DNA of 62,884 nucleotides, filler included. It is 4 parts of 4 records of this genome, joined end to end, with 100 filler letters (N's around TTAATTAATTAA, not from the genome) between each part and the next. Parts side by side here need not be neighbours in the genome. Positions count along the whole stretch, not along the records: positions 29,966 to 57,519 come from DRR723986_5823; 3 more parts are not named here. One strand, given 5' to 3'. The notes below the pieces were generated by a model, which had not been told where the DNA came from, searched no databases, and saw nothing but the letters and a program-made list of their open reading frames with translations. How positions within the stretch are numbered: the first letter of the stretch is position 1; each line of letters opens with the position of its first letter. A program made the translations under genes and the position numbers. Positions 37,757-45,680 of the stretch are shown one piece after another.

Positions 37757-39382
37757 ATGAAGAGACGCGATTTCCTTAAATATACGGCCGCAGCGTCGGC
37801 CGTCGCGGCCAGTTCGTCACAGGCATTTAATCTGGGCGGTTTACCGGTCTTTGCGCAGTCGCCTCCGATGCTGGGCGGCAATGTGCTTAACAGCGATAAG
37901 ATACTGATTATCGTGCAGCTCTTTGGCGGTAATGATGCGCTTAACACAATTGTGCCGGTTGATGATGACAACTATCACAATCTGCGCCCAACCATTCGTG
38001 TGCGCAAGACCGAAGATGCGCCTGCACAGATTGCGGGTAGCGACGCCTACTTCCATCCGGCACTGGTAGACAGTTATAAGGGCGGGTTCCTGCAGCTGCA
38101 CGACCAGGGGCGCCTGGCCGTGATTCAAGGGATTGGCTATGAGAGTCCCAACCTCTCACACTTCCGGTCTACCGACATTTGGTTAAGCGGTTATAATCCG
38201 CGTGATGAAGACATTTTCAGCGACCCACAGGTGCGTCTGCTCGACGGCTGGATTGGTCGCTTTTTTGCGCACTCGATTCCGACGTTTCCGAATGACCTGC
38301 CGAATTATCCACTCTCTATTCAGATTGGCGGTCAGCTTTCGCTGATGCTGCAGAGTGACGCCGGCGACGCCGGGATTGCAATCAGTGATCCCGAACGCTT
38401 CTTTAACCAGGACGGCGGCCTATCGGCCGATGAAGTGCCACTGCCCGGCGAAGACGCCTATGAGAAAGAATACAACTACATCCTGCAGGTAGCGCAGGCT
38501 TCCGATAAGTATAAGGAAGAAGTTAAAAACGCCTACGAGTCCGGAACTACAACCGTTGACTACGGCGGCGGTTTAGCGCAGCAGTTTAAATCCGTTGCGC
38601 GCATGATCAGCGGGGGACTGGGCACGAAAGTCTACATGCTGCGCATGGGTGGTTTTGACAACCACGTTAACCAGGCCTTTGAAGGCCAGGAAGGTTTTCA
38701 CCCAACGCTCCTGCGCCAGCTCAGCATGGGCATCAGCCAGTTTATGGACGACGCCGTGAATCAGGGGTTTGCGGATCGCGTTGTGGGCATGACAGTCACC
38801 GAGTTTGGCCGGCGTCCGCGTGAGAACGGCAGCCGCGGTACGGACCACGGAACATCATCGGTCCAGTTTGTATTTGGCGAAGGTGTGCGCGCCGGCCTGT
38901 ACGGCGACAATCCCGATCTGGGCCGCTTCCTGGAAGACAGCGACCGCAACTCAAACCTGGAGTATCAGAACGACTACCGGCGCGTCTACGCTGAAATTCT
39001 GGAAGTCCTGTTTGGCGCTGAAAAGACAGACGTTGAGTCGATCCTCGGTAAACGTTTTGTGCACATGGGCATTCTGGATCCGGCGATATCTTCGGTGAAC
39101 AGTCCATTTGTCAACCAGCCTGGCGGCGGTGGAAAGCTGACGATCAGCCCCAACCCTTGCACCAGCGGTAATGTTAATGTGCAGTTTGAACTCAAACGCC
39201 CCACGAAAGTCGATTTAAGCCTCTATTCCATACAGGGTGTGCATTCGTTAACTGTACAGCGTACAATTTTTGGACGCGGCATTCATTCGGTAAACTTTAA
39301 CGCTCCCAAAAGTGGTGTTTGGCTCTGCGTCCTCGAGGCTGAAGGACGTCAGATCGCTGAGAAGCTGGTGGTTCTGCGTTAA
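37757..39382 (+). CDS. DUF1501 family protein with Tat signal and T9SS-type C-terminal domain
   Basis: MKRRDFLK signal; LFGGNDALN, PNLSHFRS, GGFDNH, TEFGR, GTDHG; C-terminal ISPNP...LYSIQG...SGVWLC...EKLVVLR. Confidence 0.92.
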   Translation: MKRRDFLKYTAAASAVAASSSQAFNLGGLPVFAQSPPMLGGNVLNSDKILIIVQLFGGNDALNTIVPVDDDNYHNLRPTIRVRKTEDAPAQIAGSDAYFHPALVDSYKGGFLQLHDQGRLAVIQGIGYESPNLSHFRSTDIWLSGYNPRDEDIFSDPQVRLLDGWIGRFFAHSIPTFPNDLPNYPLSIQIGGQLSLMLQSDAGDAGIAISDPERFFNQDGGLSADEVPLPGEDAYEKEYNYILQVAQASDKYKEEVKNAYESGTTTVDYGGGLAQQFKSVARMISGGLGTKVYMLRMGGFDNHVNQAFEGQEGFHPTLLRQLSMGISQFMDDAVNQGFADRVVGMTVTEFGRRPRENGSRGTDHGTSSVQFVFGEGVRAGLYGDNPDLGRFLEDSDRNSNLEYQNDYRRVYAEILEVLFGAEKTDVESILGKRFVHMGILDPAISSVNSPFVNQPGGGGKLTISPNPCTSGNVNVQFELKRPTKVDLSLYSIQGVHSLTVQRTIFGRGIHSVNFNAPKSGVWLCVLEAEGRQIAEKLVVLR

Positions 39383-39407
39383 AGTGAATGAAATATATGT
39401 TAAGTCC

Positions 39408-39443
39408 AAAGCCGGAAGAGTGTTAACTCTTCCGGCTTTTTTT
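39408..39443 (+). terminator. Rho-independent terminator (possibly bidirectional)
   Basis: AAAGCCGGAAGAGT-GTTA-ACTCTTCCGGCTTT followed by T-tract. Confidence 0.85.
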
Positions 39444-39517
39444 GTGTTTGCTCGCTGAGAAATCGTGAAAATGTTAAACGTGGACTAGAAATACAGTTCG
39501 AGGGCTTCAGGACAATC

Positions 39518-40801
39518 CTAATGATTTCCAAGCTGAATTCTAAGCACAGCATTCGGGTCTATTGTTAGGCTTGCAGACGTCGCAACTTCCCTGTGAACAA
39601 GTACCATGCCATCCCGACTCGAATTGTAGTGATTTCTGTTATAGTCACATTCAGAGTGCTTAGCCAATTCGGCTCCATTTAATTCAAGTGAGCGGTCAGA
39701 AAACGCAGCGGGGTCTATGCGCAGGTTTACCTGTTCTAGACGATGTGCAATTAGAACACTTATTCTGGTATGTCGTTCTTCCTCCATCAAACGCAATTCA
39801 ACATACTGCGGTGCTTTGTTCTCATTAGATTGAATCACTCTGATTTGCCGTTTAAAGTGTACGCTGCGATAGTATGCACGCAGAGGGTAATCTCGAAAAT
39901 TACTTCTTGATTGAAACACCAGTGTATCACCGCTATAAAAAGTATCAGATCTATTAACTTCACTTGAGGTGCATCCTATAAATGGCTGTACTCGAAAGGA
40001 GTCGAGAGACAAAGTCGATTGAATCCGGCGATCAACACCTGATTCGGGCCAAGATTTGTATTGTATATAAGTAGAAGGAAGAGTGATATTCGCTAGATAT
40101 GCCGAATAATCTCCGCGACAGTTTTCGCCTGGAGTTATCACGTCTGTAGAACGATAAACTTCATTGCCCCTGTTATCCACGACTCTTAAGACCTCACCAT
40201 ATGCGCGCGGTGGAATCCTGATATATCCGGCGTTTTCTTTTTCGCGAATAGGGAAAGAATTTACTCTGGTATCCCCGGCATAACTGTACAAATAGAACGT
40301 CTTTGGAGGGGCTTCGGCAAGAGTGACACTGAATTCAATGTAATCACAGGTGCACCCTGCTAATCCATCTGGAATGCGCACTTCTAGTGCGGGCAGCTCG
40401 AACGTCACGCAATTAGTTTCGATTAAACTCCGGAAGCTTGTCTCAATCTCATTCGACTCATTGAATATAGTAATCTCACCATTTTCAATATCCCACGGAA
40501 CTTCAGTTTTAATCTGTGTATCGGTCTGTTCCAGAATGACCGCCAACTGACCGCCAATCTCCAGCCGCAGGTCTTTTTGTGCAAATCCCTTGCCAAAAAT
40601 CGTTAATTCATTCGGTGGACAGATTTCGCGCGCGTCAATCGAATCAATGCGAATGTCCGTCGTATCGCGTACATCTGTCGTATCTACAATCGGCGGATCT
40701 TCAATTTGGGGCTGGATTGGCTGGTCGTCTTCGCAGGCTGCCAGGCAGCTTAACAGCATGATGCCGCCAAGCAGGGCGATGTTTCGGATGATTGGATGCA
40801 T
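39518..40801 (-). CDS. IPT/TIG-domain lipoprotein, paralog 1
   Basis: Lipobox LAA-CEDD; ICPPNELTIFGKGF...IGG...VPW Ig-like domain; second Ig-like domain; divergent C-terminal domain. Confidence 0.8.
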   Translation of the reverse strand: MHPIIRNIALLGGIMLLSCLAACEDDQPIQPQIEDPPIVDTTDVRDTTDIRIDSIDAREICPPNELTIFGKGFAQKDLRLEIGGQLAVILEQTDTQIKTEVPWDIENGEITIFNESNEIETSFRSLIETNCVTFELPALEVRIPDGLAGCTCDYIEFSVTLAEAPPKTFYLYSYAGDTRVNSFPIREKENAGYIRIPPRAYGEVLRVVDNRGNEVYRSTDVITPGENCRGDYSAYLANITLPSTYIQYKSWPESGVDRRIQSTLSLDSFRVQPFIGCTSSEVNRSDTFYSGDTLVFQSRSNFRDYPLRAYYRSVHFKRQIRVIQSNENKAPQYVELRLMEEERHTRISVLIAHRLEQVNLRIDPAAFSDRSLELNGAELAKHSECDYNRNHYNSSRDGMVLVHREVATSASLTIDPNAVLRIQLGNH

Positions 40802-41075
40802 GTCTGACTCTCATTGTGGAATTGACGACCTGACTTACTCGGGCGCAGCCCGGTCTCTGACTTTTCTAACTGAACGACTAAACGATTCCAGCACGGGCGC
40901 AGCGTGCTCTTGCCGGTTTTCTGTACCTGCAATATCGTTTGCCCGGCGGCAAGTACTACTACTGTAAAATTACTGCATCGCAATTTTATGGTGATAATTG
41001 AGCGCTGCATATCCAGAGCTGCGAAATTCCAGCCCTCAAACTCCAGCATCGATGTTAATGAGTTCCGGTCCTGGC

Positions 41076-42326
41076 CTAATCTGGTGCGAGTTGTATCCGC
41101 AGTGTGCTACCCGGGCTGGTCATGACTTTTTGGCTCACAGTCTCTTGTTCTCTGATGACGTCTGGTGAACCATGATGCCGAAATTGTATGTGACGTTCAA
41201 AGTTTATTGTCACAAGTTCTTCGATCTCAGTGGCGCTTAACTCCAGGACATTGCCAGAAAAGTTTAAAGGTGCAATTCTGATCCTTGTTGTAAATTCGCG
41301 GGGGAGGCCTGGCTCCGGCGAATAGACAACACTGAGATTATATGCATGTTCGATGGCTTCGATAACATCGCCACTTGCGGAGTAGATCAGGCGCAGAGTG
41401 TGATTGGTAATCCTGGTGCTGGGCGGGCTGCCGGAGACATCTTCGCGTTGCTGGGTGTATTCTACGATATTACCCTCGCGTTTAACTGTTTGGCTGCCGT
41501 CAGTCAGGTTTGCTGGAAAGCAGTAGCCCCTAAATCGGCTGCCAAATCCGTCTGTGGCCGTCGAATCATATGTTAACGAATCCGGCCTGCCAAATTCATA
41601 CTCAATGGTCCGCACGTTCGCAAACAGGCTCGAATACTCAAGCCGGATGTCACTAAAACAATACTTGTTGCGCCGTAGCTCTTCTGCTGAGCGATATATC
41701 TCTTCTGAATCAGCATCCAAAACGCGTAAGATTCCGGCGTCCGTCTGTTCAGGAAATTGACAGAGGATTTGCGTCGATTCAGGGTCCAAATACGGAATTA
41801 ACAGTTGTTGCCCAAGTAAGAATTGATATTCCTCAAACTTTGTAATATTCTCGCCTGTAAGCGCAATAATATTACATGGGCAGAAGTCCAACACCAGCGA
41901 CGAATTAATTATCAGGGGCCTTTCGACTACATCACACTCGTCGCTCAGGGCAAGTGACAGTTCCGTTTTTTGACCGCTGCTAATTTGCTCAAGCTCAACT
42001 GTGGCGTCCGCAATATTCCATGGAATAATCGTTTTAAAGTTCGTTGACCGAAGGTCCAGAATTTCGGCTTCTACTCCACCAATTGTTAACTTTAAGTCTG
42101 CCGGATCGCTGGGAAAGTTTGCGCCATAAATCGTAATCTGGTCTGGCGGACAAATCCAATCTACACTGCTTCCACTCATCACAATCGGCTGCGGCTCATC
42201 CGGCCCGGAGTTATCTGGTGCGATATCGTCGTCGCAGGCACTAAGCAAAAAAACTGCTGCACACAAGCTGCACAGCAGTCCGGAAAGACGTGTTGGTCGT
42301 CTAAAATTTGCGCTATTTTTAAGCAT
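41076..42326 (-). CDS. IPT/TIG-domain lipoprotein, paralog 2
   Basis: Start MLKNSA with GAGGAA RBS; LSA-CDDD; ICPPDQITIYGANF...IGG...IPW; CPCNIIALTGENI. Confidence 0.8.
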   Translation of the reverse strand: MLKNSANFRRPTRLSGLLCSLCAAVFLLSACDDDIAPDNSGPDEPQPIVMSGSSVDWICPPDQITIYGANFPSDPADLKLTIGGVEAEILDLRSTNFKTIIPWNIADATVELEQISSGQKTELSLALSDECDVVERPLIINSSLVLDFCPCNIIALTGENITKFEEYQFLLGQQLLIPYLDPESTQILCQFPEQTDAGILRVLDADSEEIYRSAEELRRNKYCFSDIRLEYSSLFANVRTIEYEFGRPDSLTYDSTATDGFGSRFRGYCFPANLTDGSQTVKREGNIVEYTQQREDVSGSPPSTRITNHTLRLIYSASGDVIEAIEHAYNLSVVYSPEPGLPREFTTRIRIAPLNFSGNVLELSATEIEELVTINFERHIQFRHHGSPDVIREQETVSQKVMTSPGSTLRIQLAPD

Positions 42327-42453
42327 GGGTTCCTCAGGCAAACATAATTCGACCCAGGGAAGCATTGTCGAATCTAAACCAGTATTTTACAAAATGTACC
42401 GCGCAAAATACTGTACTCAGATGTCAAAAGCAAATGTAAGTGGATTGCTGACT

Positions 42454-42507
42454 GATTGCAGCGCCTGCGTTGCACTTCAGGCTTGCTTTATGAGCTTCTT
42501 GTTAGTC
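42454..42507 (+). repeat. Dispersed hairpin repeat, copy D
   Basis: GATTGCAGCGCCTG-CGTTGCACTT-CAGGCTTGCTTTATGAGCTTCTTGTTAGTC. Confidence 0.85.
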
Positions 42508-42557
42508 TATTGGTCTTCAGCCTCCAGCCGGCGAGATATGCATTTGTGGTCAATTCA

Positions 42558-43811
42558 TCAAGGCAGAAAGTAGCGCCAGCGTAGCTCACTGGCATCCGCG
42601 CAGCTGTGTGAAACGTAGTGATGAGTGACGTTGACTCCACCTTTGCGGTCGTAATCCGTCTCGGAGTACTCCACATTGATTTCATTGCAAATCATACTGC
42701 CGGAGATGGTCGATTCATTCGCGGCTTCAAAAGAAAGGGAAATTTTGAGATGTTCTTTTGCGATTTCCAGTGAGTTGTTGGCCGAATTCTCGCTACTGCC
42801 GTCGCTGAATTTGTGGTACTCAATCCAGATGGGCTGTCCGCGCGGTTTGTCCAGCTCCACCGTAATCTGCTCGTACCAGGTGTGTGAAGCGCGGTCAAAA
42901 TCATGTGGCGGCACGCGGTTGTAATAGCCTTCGCTGTCGCCACGACGGATGACGTGAGTTAACCCGTCGTTATAACTCTCTGTTGAGATTTTGCCTCTTT
43001 GCCCCGGCGCGTCGGGATCAAAGGAAATCTCGGGAATAAAACTGACAATCGATGTGTCCGTGTCTTTACCGGTCGATTCACGGCGGTATGTAATCTCAAA
43101 ATTGCGTAGCTCAAAAAAGGCATTGGCTAGGCAGTTTTTTCCTTGTCGCAGTCCCACTGGTGGATCAAAAATCAATAGTCCATCTGCACGGTGAAATGTT
43201 AAGGTGCCTGTGCCGATTGCACCTGGTTGCAGGATGTGAACTTCCGAATCTGTTAAACTAATGATTTCTGCCTCCTGGCCGCCAACCCGAATCCGCATAC
43301 CGGGGTAGGCCAGGAAATTTTTACCCGAGATGCGTATTTCATCTCCGCGGCACAGATCCGACGGCGTATACCCACTAAACTCTAATTGATGTTCCGGCTG
43401 GATGCTGCAGCCGCTGTTAAGTTGCGCCACAAAGTCATCTTTTTCCGTCTCGGAGACTATTACAAGCAGGTTGGCGGATTGTACCCAAAACGGCACAATT
43501 ATCTCAATTGTATTGCCATCAACTTCTACAATCGGTGCGGCGCGGCCGTCCACGGTAACGCGCAGGTTCGCCTGATCCTGTGGCAGGAACTGCGTGGTAA
43601 TTTTGGCGGTCTCACCGGCGCAGAGTTGCGCTGGAATCGTAGCCAGAATCTCAAATGGTCCGGACTGTGGCTCCGGATCCTGGTTGTTGTTGGGCGTAGT
43701 TGTGCCGTCATCATCGCTGCAGGCAGCTACACCAAACAGCAAGATAATGCAGGCTAAGAACGTAGTAAAACGGCTAAAGGCCGGCGCGATTTGTGAAGTT
43801 GTATTCGTCAT
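42558..43811 (-). CDS. IPT/TIG-domain lipoprotein, paralog 3
   Basis: VAA-CSDDD; LCAGETAKI...VDG...VPFW; LCRGDEIRISGKNF...VGGQEAEI. Confidence 0.8.
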   Translation of the reverse strand: MTNTTSQIAPAFSRFTTFLACIILLFGVAACSDDDGTTTPNNNQDPEPQSGPFEILATIPAQLCAGETAKITTQFLPQDQANLRVTVDGRAAPIVEVDGNTIEIIVPFWVQSANLLVIVSETEKDDFVAQLNSGCSIQPEHQLEFSGYTPSDLCRGDEIRISGKNFLAYPGMRIRVGGQEAEIISLTDSEVHILQPGAIGTGTLTFHRADGLLIFDPPVGLRQGKNCLANAFFELRNFEITYRRESTGKDTDTSIVSFIPEISFDPDAPGQRGKISTESYNDGLTHVIRRGDSEGYYNRVPPHDFDRASHTWYEQITVELDKPRGQPIWIEYHKFSDGSSENSANNSLEIAKEHLKISLSFEAANESTISGSMICNEINVEYSETDYDRKGGVNVTHHYVSHSCADASELRWRYFLP

Positions 43812-43840
43812 ATGATGCCAACACTTGAAATCGGGAAATG

Positions 43841-43892
43841 TATCAGTAAGAGGTATCAGTAAGAATTATCAGTAAGAGCTGTCAGTAAGAAG
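43841..43892. repeat. 4 x 13-bp tandem repeat upstream of paralog 3
   Basis: TATCAGTAAGAGG TATCAGTAAGAAT TATCAGTAAGAGC TGTCAGTAAGAAG. Confidence 0.85.
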
Positions 43893-43986
43893 TATGCTGT
43901 GTTTGCGGCGCCAGGCCTGTGTTAACAGCGTTAAACTTTCTGGGCGGCCCCTTTAGCATTTCGATTCGTCAATTCGTTTGTGTTTT

Positions 43987-44041
43987 GATTGCAGCGCCTG
44001 TTTTTACAAACCAGGCTTGCCTTTTGAGCTTCTTGTTTGTC
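43987..44041 (+). repeat. Dispersed hairpin repeat, copy E
   Basis: GATTGCAGCGCCTG-TTTTTACAAAC-CAGGCTTGCCTTTTGAGCTTCTTGTTTGTC. Confidence 0.85.
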
Positions 44042-44108
44042 GCCGTGTCTGCAGTTATGGGCTGTTAAGCGACTGTACGACTTGCAGGCTTAACACTTGA
44101 ATCTGCGT

Positions 44109-44162
44109 GACTAACAAAAAAATCAAAAAGCGAGCCTGAAGTCTTCGCCAGGCGCTGCAACC
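44109..44162 (-). repeat. Dispersed hairpin repeat, copy F (inverted relative to E)
   Basis: Minus strand GGTTGCAGCGCCTG-GCGAAGACTT-CAGGCTCGCTTTTTGATTTTTTTGTTAGTC. Confidence 0.85.
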
Positions 44163-44241
44163 CGCTCGTACGGTCACAGAGTTCGCAACTGTAAAGCGAA
44201 AATGTACGCCTGGACTATTGACGACGTTTAATCAGAATCGA

Positions 44242-45441
44242 TCACTCGTCATTGGGCCAGGTATAGCTGATTGTCAATTGCATGTCATCATCGCAGCTAT
44301 AGCCATGGCTGTAGGCGCGTCTGGACTCGCTCGGTCCGTGTAAGTAGGACTTGTAGCTTTTGTGGAAATACTCGGACTCCAGACTGCTGCAGATATCGGC
44401 TTTGTTAAAGCTGTAAGAATTGTTGTCATTCGGCATTGTGTTTAAGACAAGCGTAAATCCTTCGCGAGTATTGCCCTCTGATTGAGAGTCGTTGCGCGGA
44501 ATACGGCCATTACTCCATGAATTGTAACGGATGTATGCTACTGACTCCAGAGCGCCATTGGCAGGGTTTAATTCCACGGTCAGCGTTCCAAAGTTATCTG
44601 CCGTAAATTCCAGGGTGTTGCCGTTGTTTTCTGTTGTTAACCGCGCATTTTTAAGCAGGCGGTTGTCTGATGTGAAATCTAGATCCAACTCGCGGACTTG
44701 CTCGATGATATGCTCATCCATATCCCCGTAATGATAGGGATTCACAATTGTGTCGCGATATTGAATGTTAAGTCCCTGGATCTTGAAAGAGAAACCGGTG
44801 GGGCAGTCCCTTGCGCTTGTGAGTGTCGATTGATAATCCGTTAAGGCCAGGCCGTCGGCGCGTGTAATAACAATGCTGCCATCGCCAATGTTCGCAGGCA
44901 CTCTGAAGTAAATGCGGGTGTCCGTTTTTTCGGTCAACGTGACCGGATTACCGCCTATCAGAAGTTCCAGATCAGGAAAGGAATTGTACCCATAACCTTG
45001 GATTTCAATATAAGCGTCGGGGCAGACTTCAAATTGATCAACAGCAACTATAGAGATGCTGCGGATCGGACTTATCTCACAGTCTGGATGAAGTTCTGCG
45101 TTAAGTTTCGTAACGGCATTGGTTTTTGTGTTGCGCAGCGCGATTTCCGCACCGTCCACAAAGTACGGTGTGATCGCCTTGAGCTGTCCCGCCTGCAGTT
45201 CCGTAATTGGCGAGGGTTTACCACCGACAGTTAAGTGTAGATCATCAATGGTTTGCGGGAGACCGGAAACAAACATTGTAAACGGCTCGCCCGGACAAAT
45301 GTTAAGTGTCGCAATTGAATCTAGTTTAAGTTCCGGAGGATCGGGCGGATCAATTGGATTGTCATCATCGCTGCAGGAAATTAAAAAACCTACTACAAAC
45401 GAGCAGGCAATCAACAAGAGTAAAGTGCGTTGAATACGCAT
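44242..45441 (-). CDS. IPT/TIG-domain lipoprotein, paralog 4
   Basis: LIS-CSDDD; ICPGEPFTM...VGG...TPYF; VCPDAYIEIQGYGY...IGG...FRVP. Confidence 0.8.
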   Translation of the reverse strand: MRIQRTLLLLIACSFVVGFLISCSDDDNPIDPPDPPELKLDSIATLNICPGEPFTMFVSGLPQTIDDLHLTVGGKPSPITELQAGQLKAITPYFVDGAEIALRNTKTNAVTKLNAELHPDCEISPIRSISIVAVDQFEVCPDAYIEIQGYGYNSFPDLELLIGGNPVTLTEKTDTRIYFRVPANIGDGSIVITRADGLALTDYQSTLTSARDCPTGFSFKIQGLNIQYRDTIVNPYHYGDMDEHIIEQVRELDLDFTSDNRLLKNARLTTENNGNTLEFTADNFGTLTVELNPANGALESVAYIRYNSWSNGRIPRNDSQSEGNTREGFTLVLNTMPNDNNSYSFNKADICSSLESEYFHKSYKSYLHGPSESRRAYSHGYSCDDDMQLTISYTWPNDE

Positions 45442-45680
45442 ATAGACCTCTAAGATTACATTTCTGATGGTGCTCCAGGCAGCACAGTGTGGTGGGGGAG
45501 GTCACACAGCTTAAAAAGTATTACTCTGGGCCATACTGCAAGTGGAACATGACTTACAGCGTCGCGGCTGTCTGCGAGGATCTGAGTAAAAACACGACCC
45601 TGGGCCGAAAATCACTACATTGGAATGTGCAGTTCGCAGAACGTCAACGATTGGGCCTGCCGGAGCAGGTTTCCAGAACA

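Noticed and set aside
39518-45441. Integron cassette array (repeat tail GACTAAC resembles an attC inverse core)
   Set aside because: No complementary GTTRRRY box at the other end, copies occur in both orientations, intergenic gaps are long, and no integrase is present.
39518-45441. Diversity-generating retroelement acting on the lipoprotein C-termini
   Set aside because: No reverse transcriptase and no near-identical TR/VR pair differing at adenines; the paralogs are diverged throughout.
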